A stretch of DNA of 60,280 bases from a virus (lineage: Duplodnaviria > Caudoviricetes), in IMG/VR virus record IMGVR_UViG_3300031718_000012, positions 1-60,280 of that record; one strand, written 5' to 3'. Both the position numbers and the translations under genes were made by a program. Below, piece by piece: positions 8,465 through 17,915 of the stretch. The stretch's first letter is position 1. Every line of letters starts with the position of its first letter. The notes under the pieces are model-generated. The model ran no database searches. It saw only the letters and a list, made by a program, of their open reading frames with translations, and had not been told where the DNA came from.

Positions 8465-10333
8465 CTAGATGTACATCCACGAAGCGGCCTTCACCTTCTT
8501 ATCGCTGCCGTCCTCGATCATGCCAGCCGTACGCAATTCCGAAATGTAATTCTTAAACGAACCCGTCGTAGGCGACACCCCGAGATATTCCCCGATCGAT
8601 TCCCGCGAAACTTCATCGCCCTGGTGTCCGTGAACGAACCGCAGGATCTTCGCCGTCGTGCTGCCGAAAACGTTGGCCGCGCGATTTAGGAGCTCGGCCG
8701 AGTCGGTCACCGGATCTTGCACCGACGGCGCCGCAGACCACCCGGTCGACGTCAGCTTTACTTTTTCTCCCGTTGTTTCGATTAGACCGGCCACGCGCAG
8801 CGCACTCAAATAATTCTTGAAACTTCCGGTACCAGCCTTCACGCCGAGCCAGCCGGCTACTAGCCCTCGACTCGGCTCGGTCACATTGATGCCGGCGAAA
8901 GCGGCGAGCGCCTCGAGGATCCGCTTCTGTGGACCCGTGAGAGAGCCATCGCCTTCGAATTCAATTGGACGTGGTTTGTGCGCTGCCGCTTCCTTCTCAG
9001 GTGAACCGTGCCGCGCAGATGCAATCTCTGCTCCTTTTTTGGATTCCACGCCCAAACCTTTTGCGAGTCCGACGTCGATCGTGATGCTTTCTTTCCTGGT
9101 CGCGGCTTCGATTTTCTCAAGGATCCGCTGCGCATCGCGTTTCAGAACATCCAGCTCGCGCGCCCTGACCGCCAGGCGATCGCCGGCCAGCTTCTTGATG
9201 TCGTGCTTCACCCGCTCGAAAGTTTTGGCCAGGTCATCGTCGGTTAGGCCGGTGGCGTCGAAGTTGATTGCGTTGATGCGTACTATAATTTTCATCGCTT
9301 CCCTCAAAATGTTTGCGAGCGTGCTGATTGCGAGCGCCTTCGCCTTGTCCACTACCAGCGCAGTTGGCGATGTGACGACAGAGGCCTTGGGCTGGGCACG
9401 CAATAGCGACTTCAGCTCGCGGACCTGGCGCTTGAAATCGTCGATCGTTTTTGCTTCTTCTTCGGCTTGCTTCGGAATGTCGCCGAGCTTCACAAGCCAT
9501 TCGCGGACTTTCTCGGTTGGCGGTGGCGGCTTTAATTCGTACTTCCGAGCTTCCTCGCCGTGTGGCGTCTCGATCGTGCCGACGTGCATCAGCTTCAGCT
9601 CGCGCGTGATTGCGCGACCGAGCGCGAAAAAGTATCCCGGCTCGAGCAATTTAATCGTGGCGAAGAATTCGGCTTGCTCTGGTTTCGGGATCCCGAGCTC
9701 ATCGGCTGCGCGCTTTTGGTTTATCGTCTCGAATGTGGGCCCGACCAGGCGATTGAGACACATGCCGGTCAGATCCTTGCTGAGCGTGGCCAGGCGTTGC
9801 GTGGCAAAGACGCCGGCGAGCATGCGTTTGCGGCCGCGCGTTGCGAGTCCTCGCATGGAATCCGCAGCGACCGAATCGCCCTTCCCATGTTCGGGGCAGA
9901 ACATATGCGCCTCGTCGACGATGACCAGGTAGGGGTGCCGCAATTCTTTCGGGGCGTCGATCAGTGCATCAAGGAATCGCTGGACCCACAGGTGCCGCTG
10001 CGATGCCGGCATCTCGTAAATGTCGCAGACGGCAGACGCGCGGCCCTCGAGCAGCGTCCGCGCGAGCTTGTCGGCCGTCCGGATGTCTGCCGGGGTATCG
10101 CCGCCCTTGCCGACCAGGAAGAAATCGAACTGGGTGCGCAGGGGAGCGAATTCACCTTCGGGGTCGATGATTATGATTCCGACCTGGCCGAATGCCTGTT
10201 CGATCAGGCGCTTTAGAAGCCAGGTCTTACCGCCGCCGGAATCCGCGGTGATCAGCAACCGCGTCGACATCAGAAGCTTTAAGTCGACCGAGACGTTACT
10301 GTTTCCGCTTTTTCCCAGAATTGCTTTTTTCAT
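8465..10333 (-). CDS. HerA/FtsK-superfamily (DUF87-like) ATPase with coiled coil and two C-terminal winged-helix-like repeats
   Basis: Walker A ADSGGGKT, IIDPEGEF, Walker B IVDEAH, RGRKR, ATQR; duplicated GSFKNY(L/I)SxLRxAG(L/M)IE. Confidence 0.85.
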   Translation of the reverse strand: MKKAILGKSGNSNVSVDLKLLMSTRLLITADSGGGKTWLLKRLIEQAFGQVGIIIIDPEGEFAPLRTQFDFFLVGKGGDTPADIRTADKLARTLLEGRASAVCDIYEMPASQRHLWVQRFLDALIDAPKELRHPYLVIVDEAHMFCPEHGKGDSVAADSMRGLATRGRKRMLAGVFATQRLATLSKDLTGMCLNRLVGPTFETINQKRAADELGIPKPEQAEFFATIKLLEPGYFFALGRAITRELKLMHVGTIETPHGEEARKYELKPPPPTEKVREWLVKLGDIPKQAEEEAKTIDDFKRQVRELKSLLRAQPKASVVTSPTALVVDKAKALAISTLANILREAMKIIVRINAINFDATGLTDDDLAKTFERVKHDIKKLAGDRLAVRARELDVLKRDAQRILEKIEAATRKESITIDVGLAKGLGVESKKGAEIASARHGSPEKEAAAHKPRPIEFEGDGSLTGPQKRILEALAAFAGINVTEPSRGLVAGWLGVKAGTGSFKNYLSALRVAGLIETTGEKVKLTSTGWSAAPSVQDPVTDSAELLNRAANVFGSTTAKILRFVHGHQGDEVSRESIGEYLGVSPTTGSFKNYISELRTAGMIEDGSDKKVKAASWMYI

Positions 10334-10700
10334 TGACCATTCCTTCGCGTTGAAGAACGCCGTGCATGAACTTCAAAGCCGGACTATACAGCGCCTTTCG
10401 TTCGTCTACAGTGACCTGGTTAGGGCCGAAGCGGAACAGCCGCCACCCCATACGGACAGCTTCGTTCGCCTTGTCGTTATCTTCCTCGTAACCTTTGCCG
10501 CGAGTGTGCGCGCCGCCCGAGAAGATCCCGCCCTGGACTTCGACGGCAACCTTGATCGACGGCCAGGCAAAATCGAAAAGCCACCCTCGCTCATAGTGGA
10601 ATTGGTACTGACGAATCGGCGTGCGAATCCCGAACAGAGCGAACTGCTGGAACAGGCTTTTCTCCAGCTTGCTTTCTTTCTTCGGCTTTTTGGTTTTCAT
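10296..10700 (-). CDS. DUF559/Vsr-like endonuclease
   Basis: QYQFHYERGWLFDFAWPSIKVAVEVQGG...H...DNDKANEAVRMGWRLFRF. Confidence 0.8.
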   Translation of the reverse strand: MKTKKPKKESKLEKSLFQQFALFGIRTPIRQYQFHYERGWLFDFAWPSIKVAVEVQGGIFSGGAHTRGKGYEEDNDKANEAVRMGWRLFRFGPNQVTVDERKALYSPALKFMHGVLQREGMVNEKSNSGKKRKQ

Positions 10701-10918
10701 ATGGTGATTATTTTTTTCTCCTTTTGCAGAAGGATGACTTGGATCGGAGCGCGGCATGCCGTGTTGTTACAGAACATCGTGACCATTACGAATTCATCCG
10801 GTGCCAGCGGGAAGTCTACCGGCCGGAAGAAAGCGCCCATCGGATCTGCGCCGCAGAACGGGCACCGCGGCTTCGGTGCGGCCTCGAGCTGCTCGGCGGT
10901 TAGGACTGGAATGTTCAT
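10697..10918 (-). CDS. small zinc-ribbon protein
   Basis: CPFCG...CNNTAC; start overlaps the upstream stop. Confidence 0.6.
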   Translation of the reverse strand: MNIPVLTAEQLEAAPKPRCPFCGADPMGAFFRPVDFPLAPDEFVMVTMFCNNTACRAPIQVILLQKEKKIITI

Positions 10919-11652
10919 GACTTTTTGAAATTCAGGTCTTCGGTTTCGGGTTCGGTGTCGGCCATGTAGAGCCAGACTTTTTTGGTGTAGTAGTTGTCGG
11001 CGAAATAGCAGACGGTCGAACCAACTTCGCCGATGATCTGGAAGCTGTACCGGGTGTCGCGCGAAATCTTCCCCGAGCCCTTGCTTTCAACGACCGAGAT
11101 GATGCCGTTGCGCAAGCGCGCACCTTTCAGGTGGAGCAAGACGTTGGGTTTCTCGTCGCCGTCTTTCGGGTCGAGCTTTACGTACACCGTTTGCGGCCGC
11201 GTGTTCTCGGCCTTGGTTTTGACCAGAGTCTCTTTCGATTCGTCCAGATATTCCCAGGCCCGTTTGACGTTTCGAGGAATCAGGGTGCGATGTTCATCTC
11301 GAAGCGGGATGCTGAACTCCATGCCGACGATCAGAGTGTCTTCGTCGGTGTCGTAATGAGGTTTGACGTAGGTGGCCATCATGTGGCCGTTGATGACCGT
11401 GGTAGGTGGCGTGTCCAGCTCGCCGGGCTTGAACATCTCGCGAGTGGCCTGTTCCCGTTTCGCCGCTTCCTCGGTTTCGGCGGCGACGACGTCGCCTGGC
11501 TTTACCATCTCGAGCCCTTGCGCTTCGGCTTCGGCGACCAGGCGTTGTCGAAACGGCGTGACGGCCGCAGTTGCCTCGGAATCTATACCCTGTGACTCTT
11601 TCACTGACTCGGACGTTTCCCGCCCGGCCAATTCTTTCTTGCCCTTCGTCAT
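10915..11652 (-). CDS. hypothetical protein
   Basis: AAGGAGG RBS before MTKGKKEL. Confidence 0.7.
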   Translation of the reverse strand: MTKGKKELAGRETSESVKESQGIDSEATAAVTPFRQRLVAEAEAQGLEMVKPGDVVAAETEEAAKREQATREMFKPGELDTPPTTVINGHMMATYVKPHYDTDEDTLIVGMEFSIPLRDEHRTLIPRNVKRAWEYLDESKETLVKTKAENTRPQTVYVKLDPKDGDEKPNVLLHLKGARLRNGIISVVESKGSGKISRDTRYSFQIIGEVGSTVCYFADNYYTKKVWLYMADTEPETEDLNFKKS

Positions 11653-11660
11653 AAGCCTCC

Positions 11661-11849
11661 TTAGTGTTTGTGAAAAAATGCGATGAGAAGTCCGACCGAA
11701 ATGACGACCGCGATAAAAAGGATCCACGCGGCCGGGGAATTCTGCTTTGCGCCGACGACAATAACCCCGGCCTTACACTTCTTGCAAGGATGACCGTCGA
11801 CCTGGCCGTCCTTGCATCCCGGCACATCGCATTGGACCGCGAACTTCAT
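11661..11849 (-). CDS. small Zn-binding membrane-anchored protein
   Basis: CDVPGC...CKKC plus C-terminal TM helix. Confidence 0.55.
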   Translation of the reverse strand: MKFAVQCDVPGCKDGQVDGHPCKKCKAGVIVVGAKQNSPAAWILFIAVVISVGLLIAFFHKH

Positions 11850-13000
11850 CGCGCCGGCGGGACGCCGTTTTTGATTACTCCCATGAACGCCGCGTACTGG
11901 TCGACGGTGATCTCCTGCGGCTTATCGACGCCGAAATGCTTGCACGCTCTTTTGACCCAGGTGGTCATGTCGTCGAATTTCGGACAGATGTCCGTCGCGA
12001 GCGCGAAGACCGCGTCACATTCGGCCTTTGAAATCGCCTTGCCTTTGGCCTTGGGTTGAGTAGACTTCGAACCTCCGCGTTGATCACCGCCATTCGTTGC
12101 GCCAGTCGCACCGCCATCGAATAGAGTGCCGCCCTGTGATCCCTTCGAGCCATTTTCCTTTTCCTCCTCCGACCGCCGAGTGGCGCCCTCCGTGACGTCT
12201 ATTCCCTCGGCCTCGAGCAACGCGTAATCATCGACGCCGAGCCCAATCTTTTCTACTCCCGCTTCGTGGTAATCCTCGAGCGCCGCTGCTTTCTGTAACC
12301 TGTGATCGTTTGTGCTGAGTTCAATTCGCTTCGAGAGTCGACGAATCGTGGTCTTAATCCACTGGCGGTCTTCATGTGTGACCCACGGCCCCCCGGCATT
12401 TGCCTTCATCGACGGGGAGTTTTTCTTGATACGTAGAATTTCGTCGCGGCCCATGAACTCGAAGTCGGGACGATTGTGCTTCGTGTAGGTGATTACCGAG
12501 TACGCGCCAATCCAATCGTTGGGATCCATCGACTCGGGATATTTGACCTTGTGGTGCATCTGATGGTCGGTGCCCATGATGATATCGAATTCATCATCTT
12601 TGCGGACTACACAACCGAACATCCCGGCCACGACACCGGTGCGCATGGCTAACGCGATGTAGCCCCGATAGCCGGGCCACATCTGACATTTCAGAACCCG
12701 CTCGCTCCCCTTGCCTTCGCCGAGCGGAACTAGGTAGGCCTGGCCGAGCGCGGGGTCTAGTTCTAGTCCGAGCTGCGCCGCTTCCATCACAGAGCCGGTC
12801 ACACTGAGCGGAGTGCATTGCAGAAGCTTCGGCGTTCGCTGCGCGGCTGTGATGACCGTGCGCACAAATTTATCAGCAGTCAATCCCCTGGGAAGCGCAG
12901 TCTGAATTTGCTTGAGCATGGCGCGGTCGTTTAGTTGCCGAGCCAGGTCTTGAATCGGAGTCAATTGTTTCTTTGCCAGATCCTTTGAATCGGCCATCAC
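11846..13000 (-). CDS. recT: RecT-family single-strand annealing protein
   Basis: PKLLQCTPLSVTGSVMEAAQLGLE...GQAYLVP...GYRGYIALAMRTG...PWVTH...KTTIRRLSK. Confidence 0.9.
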   Translation of the reverse strand: MMADSKDLAKKQLTPIQDLARQLNDRAMLKQIQTALPRGLTADKFVRTVITAAQRTPKLLQCTPLSVTGSVMEAAQLGLELDPALGQAYLVPLGEGKGSERVLKCQMWPGYRGYIALAMRTGVVAGMFGCVVRKDDEFDIIMGTDHQMHHKVKYPESMDPNDWIGAYSVITYTKHNRPDFEFMGRDEILRIKKNSPSMKANAGGPWVTHEDRQWIKTTIRRLSKRIELSTNDHRLQKAAALEDYHEAGVEKIGLGVDDYALLEAEGIDVTEGATRRSEEEKENGSKGSQGGTLFDGGATGATNGGDQRGGSKSTQPKAKGKAISKAECDAVFALATDICPKFDDMTTWVKRACKHFGVDKPQEITVDQYAAFMGVIKNGVPPAR

Positions 13001-13009
13001 TTCCTCCGT

Positions 13010-13219
13010 TTAATCGCGTTCGTAATACGAATCATCTTTGCCTTGCTCGGCCTTAGTGACGTGAAGGTCGCCACAGTGACGACATCGGTAGACCTTCACT
13101 CGGCCACTCGCTTTCCGCATTGAAGCCCGCGCCACATGCTCGCTGGGATGGCGGCGCTTGCCGGTTCTCTCGCAGATAATTATCTCCGGCGGTCCCGGAT
13201 TGAGTTTGGGTTCGGTCAT
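13010..13219 (-). CDS. small zinc-finger protein
   Basis: CERTGKRRH...VYRCRHCGDLHVT. Confidence 0.6.
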   Translation of the reverse strand: MTEPKLNPGPPEIIICERTGKRRHPSEHVARASMRKASGRVKVYRCRHCGDLHVTKAEQGKDDSYYERD

Positions 13220-14220
13220 CCCCGCCCGCGCCGGAATGGAATATTGAGCGGACGGCAACCTGGAATCTTCATCGCTTCTTTTTGCGTGGCCGCGATTAGG
13301 TTGAGCTGCTCCTGATTGATGTCGAGCAGGTGAGTCAACTCCGGGTGCGCGATGACGTGGTCGGGAGCCAGGCCGAGAATGAACCGGAACGTCGTGCCTT
13401 TATGCTCGATCACGCCAGTCCACTTGTCGACCATGGTGAACGCCGCGGCCTGGCGATTCACGACTGGAGCGACCGGCTTGACTTCGGCCACGACCGGTTC
13501 ATCTGCCACTGCCTCAGCCATCGCTAAATCGGACGCTGCAACTTCGATGTTCTCGGCGACCCGCTCCGCTTGCTTCTCGAGCTTGGCCGCGCTTTGAGCC
13601 AGGCGCGACGCTTCCCCGGGATCCTCAGCCTGGGCTGCCGCCGCCGCCGCATCGTCGGCTTTCTTCCGGAGCTCGGCTGCCTCAGCTTCCTCGGCTTCGA
13701 GCTTTTGGCGAGCCTCATCCTCCTGCTTTTTTCTGTCCGCGCGTTCCTTGTCGGCCTTGGCCTGAGCTTCTCGTTCCCGCTTTTGACGCGCGACAGTTTC
13801 GAGTCGGTCCACTTCCTGATTGAACTCGTAGAGTTTCAGACCCAAGCCCGATTTATTTTGCTTCGACAAATCCTGAACGGCCTTGCGTTCGGTGGTCAGG
13901 CCCTTGTGTAGAAGGTGAGCGACTTCGATCAGCGGATCCACCACAGCGATCGCATCGTCCTCGTTCCCGGAGATTGACAGGTAGAGCGCGTTCGCGTCAT
14001 CGAAAGTTTTCTGGTCGACCTTTTTGTCGCCGGTGACCTTTAGCTCGAGCTTTTCGATTTTCTGCGCCAGAGTTTTTTGCTTGGCAACGTGCGGGGCCAT
14101 GTCCGACCTAACGAGCGTCAACCAATTCACGACGCGGTCTTTGGTGAGAGTTAGGATCTGGCCGGGCGTCGATCGAGCTACTTCGTCTTTCTTTTTTGCG
14201 AGTGCTTGTCCCATCATCAT
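13216..14220 (-). CDS. coiled-coil phage protein of the recombination cluster
   Basis: AAGGAG RBS; long E/A/K/R-rich helix, C-terminal MKIPGC. Confidence 0.7.
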   Translation of the reverse strand: MMMGQALAKKKDEVARSTPGQILTLTKDRVVNWLTLVRSDMAPHVAKQKTLAQKIEKLELKVTGDKKVDQKTFDDANALYLSISGNEDDAIAVVDPLIEVAHLLHKGLTTERKAVQDLSKQNKSGLGLKLYEFNQEVDRLETVARQKREREAQAKADKERADRKKQEDEARQKLEAEEAEAAELRKKADDAAAAAAQAEDPGEASRLAQSAAKLEKQAERVAENIEVAASDLAMAEAVADEPVVAEVKPVAPVVNRQAAAFTMVDKWTGVIEHKGTTFRFILGLAPDHVIAHPELTHLLDINQEQLNLIAATQKEAMKIPGCRPLNIPFRRGRG

Positions 14221-14789
14221 GCTCCTTGAACCGCTGCGAGCTGTCTGCTCCAGCGTAGTGCATCGAGAAAAACTTTTAGGTCGGCCGCGAGTGTTGAGAC
14301 TGGATAAATCTTCATGTCGTAATTTTTCCCTTCGCGAAGGCCCGGCATGAGCGAAACCGCGATTCGCAAATGAGGAATGCCGAGGGTATAGGCGGCGAGC
14401 TGATACCTGGTCCACCGCGCAATCTGGCCAGTCTTGAAGTCGACCATGACTGGAAGCCGCTGGCCGCGCATCTTGCCACGCACGTCGAGCTGGCCAGCAT
14501 AGCCGTGCTTCTTCGAGAAGACCTTGTGTTCCCACTCGGTAGCCCGGAATCCGGTTTCAGCGACAAAGTTTTGAACTCCGACGAGGTACGGTTGAAGCCA
14601 TTCCGGGACGTGGCCCAGGTCATTGTCGAACCAGGCGTGAACCATTTCGTGGACGCGCGTTCCACGATCGAGATCCGCTTGCGTTCCCCAGCCCTGCAGG
14701 ATGCCGGCGGATTTTAGAACTGACGTGACACCGGGGACGCTAACGCCATTCCACTCATACGAGTGGGTTCCTGCATAGAATTCGAGCAC
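14217..14789 (-). CDS. PD-(D/E)XK (RecB/Cas4-like) exonuclease
   Basis: VPGVTSVL, RGTRVH, GYAGQLD, VDFKTG, QLAAY. Confidence 0.85.
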   Translation of the reverse strand: MLEFYAGTHSYEWNGVSVPGVTSVLKSAGILQGWGTQADLDRGTRVHEMVHAWFDNDLGHVPEWLQPYLVGVQNFVAETGFRATEWEHKVFSKKHGYAGQLDVRGKMRGQRLPVMVDFKTGQIARWTRYQLAAYTLGIPHLRIAVSLMPGLREGKNYDMKIYPVSTLAADLKVFLDALRWSRQLAAVQGA

Positions 14790-14792
14790 GGG

Positions 14793-14975
14793 CTATAGTC
14801 GTTTCTTGTAGAACTTTTCGAGGATGAATTCGATTTGCTTGGGGACAGAGCGTTTTGCGTCCGTAGCATCGCGGTCAATTTCATAGTGTAGGTTTGCCGG
14901 AAGTCTCAAGCCGACCGCGACAGGGGACTCTACCAACTCATCGCCCGGTGCCAAATCTTCTTTTGGTTTCGCCAT
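14793..14975 (-). CDS. Arc/ribbon-helix-helix DNA-binding regulator
   Basis: VGLRLPANLHYEIDRDATDAKRSVPKQIEFIL. Confidence 0.75.
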   Translation of the reverse strand: MAKPKEDLAPGDELVESPVAVGLRLPANLHYEIDRDATDAKRSVPKQIEFILEKFYKKRL

Positions 14976-14981
14976 CCCGGG

Positions 14982-15045
14982 ACTCTAGACCCGACGAAAT
15001 AATCTGTCAAGAAGTATTGCAAAAATTGACATTCGGAGTTATGGT
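14982..15045. promoter_or_regulatory. back-to-back sigma70-type promoters
   Basis: Minus: TTGACA(15010-15005)-17-TAGAGT(14987-14982). Plus: TTGCAA(15017)-17-TATGGT(15040). Also inverted TGTCAA-N15-TTGACA. Confidence 0.75.
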
Positions 15046-15062
15046 TCGGCTCCGGAGAAACC

Positions 15063-15365
15063 ATGGACAACATTTTGAAGCTGCTGGGAATGATTCTGCT
15101 GGCCACGATCGGAGTCGTCGGAGCCTGTCTGCTTAACGCGTGGGTTTTGACCCGCCTCTGGGCCTGGTTCCTGGTTCCTATCTTCCATCTGCCAGGCCTT
15201 GGCTTGGCTGGTGCGACCGGCGTCTCGGTGGTGATTACCTTACTGACGCATCAAAGCACTCCCGCTGGACCCAAGAAATCAGTCGGCCAGTTGACCGGCG
15301 AAGTTATCGCAACTCCACTGACCTTGCTTCTGATCGGCTATGTCGCCCATCTTTTTCTCCGCTAG
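15063..15365 (+). CDS. small multi-pass membrane protein
   Basis: GGAG RBS, three hydrophobic segments. Confidence 0.7.
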   Translation: MDNILKLLGMILLATIGVVGACLLNAWVLTRLWAWFLVPIFHLPGLGLAGATGVSVVITLLTHQSTPAGPKKSVGQLTGEVIATPLTLLLIGYVAHLFLR

Positions 15366-15366
15366 T

Positions 15367-15758
15367 ATGCATCGCTGCCCGCGCTGCAAACACGAGATGA
15401 AAGAGCATGAGCCCGACCAAGTGTGGTCGCGCTACTGGGAATGTCCGTCGTGCTGGTCGTGCTGGCACATCATCCTCGAAAAAGTGACGTACAAGCGCAG
15501 AACTCGCGGCGTGTGGCGATTCGAGCGCGGCAGGGAAATGAGACAGGGGGCGGTATGGCCTACTTCAAAAGCATCGAAAAAAAATGTGTCGACTGCCACC
15601 GGCGAGCAACCGTCGAAGTCTTTGGGGATCGGAACGAGTCCTACGGATATTTTTGTCTTAACGACGGAAAGCGTCGCGTCAGCAAAATGCAGAAAGAGAA
15701 AGAAGAAGGCTCAGCCAACCGCGTCGACGTACGTCACATAAAAGTGCCCCGACAATAG
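15367..15758 (+). other. two overlapping small Zn-ribbon ORFs (15367-15741 and 15555-15758)
   Basis: CPRC...CPSC and CVDC...FC motifs. Confidence 0.45.
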
Positions 15759-16103
15759 CGACATAATTTCGTTGAACGCCATCATGCTCTCACCGATGAA
15801 ATCGGACGAAGGGTGAGTCAATCCCACGAGACAGCAACCCTCGGTATTTTCCGGCGTGTTCCCGAAGTGAATTAGAACGTCATCGTTAGGGAACCCGGGC
15901 ACACCATAGAGGCGCGGAGTAAAAATCGGCCGGCCCTCTAGCTGCGACAGCCTGGGGGATTGCGTGATGTTCGCGCCGTAACGACCGGCGACGACAGGCA
16001 GGAGCGGTTCGAGAGTGAAGCACTGAAAGTCTGGCGCAATCTGCAGAATGCCGGTGGTCGACTGCAGACTGCGCCACTTTCGCGTTATGACGACGTCGGG
16101 CAT
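15711..16103 (-). CDS. DUF5675-family protein (L,D-transpeptidase-like; candidate endolysin)
   Basis: CFTLE...GRY...SPRL...VPG...VLIHFGNTPENTEGCCLVG. Confidence 0.8.
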   Translation of the reverse strand: MPDVVITRKWRSLQSTTGILQIAPDFQCFTLEPLLPVVAGRYGANITQSPRLSQLEGRPIFTPRLYGVPGFPNDDVLIHFGNTPENTEGCCLVGLTHPSSDFIGESMMAFNEIMSLLSGHFYVTYVDAVG

Positions 16104-16973
16104 TTACTCCCAGGCTTTCCCGAGATGGCCCATCTTGACGTCGGTGGTGAGATTCGGATTCGCCAGGAAATCGTACGAGAGCAAACCGAAGCCGCCGGGG
16201 TCATCACTGACCGGGCACTTCGTTCCCCACGTCACATCCCAGGAATTCTCGAACCAGACGGCGCCGGGATTCGGCGCGCCAGGGCACCGAATGTCATCGT
16301 CGTATCCGATCAGCGCGTGTAGCGCGTGACCACCTTGCAGTGTTTCGCGCGACAGGTTCGGGTAGGGAATCAACCCGGTCCGCGCGGCATCGTCGCTCTC
16401 GAATGAATCGTAAACCGCGACGCCGATGACGGCCGTGTAGTCCGACAGGATGCACGACTTTATGTTCGCGATTACGTTTCCGATGGTGTGAAACGCGCCG
16501 CCAGGATATTGCGCGGCCGTTGCGATCTGCGCGGCGTTCGGGCGAACATTGCAGACGTTCTCGTCATACGGCATATCGGTAAGAGGACACCAACCGAATC
16601 CCCCGGCCTTGGGATCTGGAACCTGGACCGCCGACGAAATCATCGCGCCGACATCGCCCTGGGTGAACGTGCCTTCGAGGATCCGCTCCATCGCGTACGC
16701 GAATGCCGGGGAGAAAACTACCGGGCCGACTTGAGGTTTCCAGCGCAGATAAAGGCGCTCACCAAACGAGCAGCACGCGTGGCCGTCGCAGGATCCTTGC
16801 GTGCCCTGATTCTTGACCTTGGGAATTCTCCCCGAGACGAATGCGCGGCGTGGCCACGCGGACGGCGCCGGTGCTTTGACCAGGTGCGAGGGGAACCCGG
16901 GGGCCGCATGATCTGGAAGAGACGAAAGCAAGCCATAACGATGACCTTTAGGCGAGAGCTGCAGTTGCGGCAT
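16104..16973 (-). CDS. papain-like C1A cysteine peptidase
   Basis: VKNQGTQGSC, GGHAL, FENSWDVTWG catalytic motifs; AAAGGA RBS. Confidence 0.9.
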   Translation of the reverse strand: MPQLQLSPKGHRYGLLSSLPDHAAPGFPSHLVKAPAPSAWPRRAFVSGRIPKVKNQGTQGSCDGHACCSFGERLYLRWKPQVGPVVFSPAFAYAMERILEGTFTQGDVGAMISSAVQVPDPKAGGFGWCPLTDMPYDENVCNVRPNAAQIATAAQYPGGAFHTIGNVIANIKSCILSDYTAVIGVAVYDSFESDDAARTGLIPYPNLSRETLQGGHALHALIGYDDDIRCPGAPNPGAVWFENSWDVTWGTKCPVSDDPGGFGLLSYDFLANPNLTTDVKMGHLGKAWE

Positions 16974-16994
16974 GTGTGGTGTCCTTTCCGGCTG

Positions 16995-17024
16995 GCCCGT
17001 CAAGCTGCATTCAACTTGACGGGC
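16995..17024. repeat. 30-bp palindrome, copy 1 of 3
   Basis: GCCCGTCAAGCTGCATTCAACTTGACGGGC; related copies at 42801 and 59129. Confidence 0.75.
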
Positions 17025-17103
17025 CATGTCCGGTGCTCGCGGGTTCGGAAGGTGTCTAAACTTCCCTGTACCTACCCGCTAACCGCGCGTCGTGGGATTA
17101 TGC

Positions 17104-17784
17104 CTACAGGTGCAAATGTTCCGCGATCGAAATGTGCATGTAGACCGTAGCCGGGCAATTCAGACCAGCCTTTGCGCCGGATTCCAGAATTTCGTTGTAG
17201 CCCGACTTGAAGCTCGCGTGCGACCGCTTGTGCGGGACGATTGGCAGCACGGTCGTTGAACCGTTCGCCGACCTCGAGTAAACGGCCGTCAGGCGCGCCT
17301 TAGCGACCTGCGCCAGTTGCGGTTCTTTGGTCATGAAGCCCGCGATTGTTGAGAGTACGAACTGGATGATTCCAGCGATCGTGCTGAGCAGGTTCCCGCC
17401 AGGCAGACCGAGAGATGACAGGAAGTCGCCGAAATTGTCGACCACGGCTTTGACCGCGGCTTCGACCTTTTGCAGCGCGCCCTGGGGCGGCGGGGTGACT
17501 GCCAAATATTCAACGGCCGCGCCTTTCAGGTCGACGAGGGCAGCCTTCGCGACGGCGAGCGCGAGCAGAATCGGCGCGGAGAAAACAAAACCGTTCGCCG
17601 TAAGCAGAGTTTGAATCGAGTTGATGGCGTCCTCGGCGATCGGAGCGAAGTTTAGGAGCTCCTGCACCGGGTCGCAACCTTCCATGAGTAATGCGCCAGC
17701 GCCGACGCCGGCGACCCTCAAAACTGGAAACGCAAGTGCGCCCTTCACCAGATGGCCGTTGAACATTCGTCGTGAGAGATTCAT
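17104..17784 (-). CDS. putative Tat-exported (lipo)protein
   Basis: MNLSRRMF twin-arginine motif, hydrophobic stretch, LLMEG-C; AAGGAG RBS. Confidence 0.65.
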   Translation of the reverse strand: MNLSRRMFNGHLVKGALAFPVLRVAGVGAGALLMEGCDPVQELLNFAPIAEDAINSIQTLLTANGFVFSAPILLALAVAKAALVDLKGAAVEYLAVTPPPQGALQKVEAAVKAVVDNFGDFLSSLGLPGGNLLSTIAGIIQFVLSTIAGFMTKEPQLAQVAKARLTAVYSRSANGSTTVLPIVPHKRSHASFKSGYNEILESGAKAGLNCPATVYMHISIAEHLHL

Positions 17785-17915
17785 GTTGCTCCTTTCGTGC
17801 ATTTATTTTTGCGGCAAGACTCTGCCGAGTCCTCCCAACTCATCCCGCTATCCGCAGCGCCAGAAACGTTTTTGTCACGGGTGCAGACCTGCCTTCCCAC
17901 TCTTGCCGCAACTCG

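Noticed and set aside
8465-10333. HerA/FtsK ATPase as replacement packaging motor
   Set aside because: It lies in the recombination operon, and a portal/HK97-type head implies a terminase, probably outside this partial window.
8817-10928. Long + strand ORFs (371 aa, 218 aa, 302 aa) opposite the HerA/nuclease genes
   Set aside because: Antisense shadows typical of high-GC coding DNA; Ser/Arg-rich, no motifs.
14217-14789. Cas4 of a CRISPR system
   Set aside because: No Fe-S cysteines and no cas context; the RecT neighbourhood indicates a recombination exonuclease.
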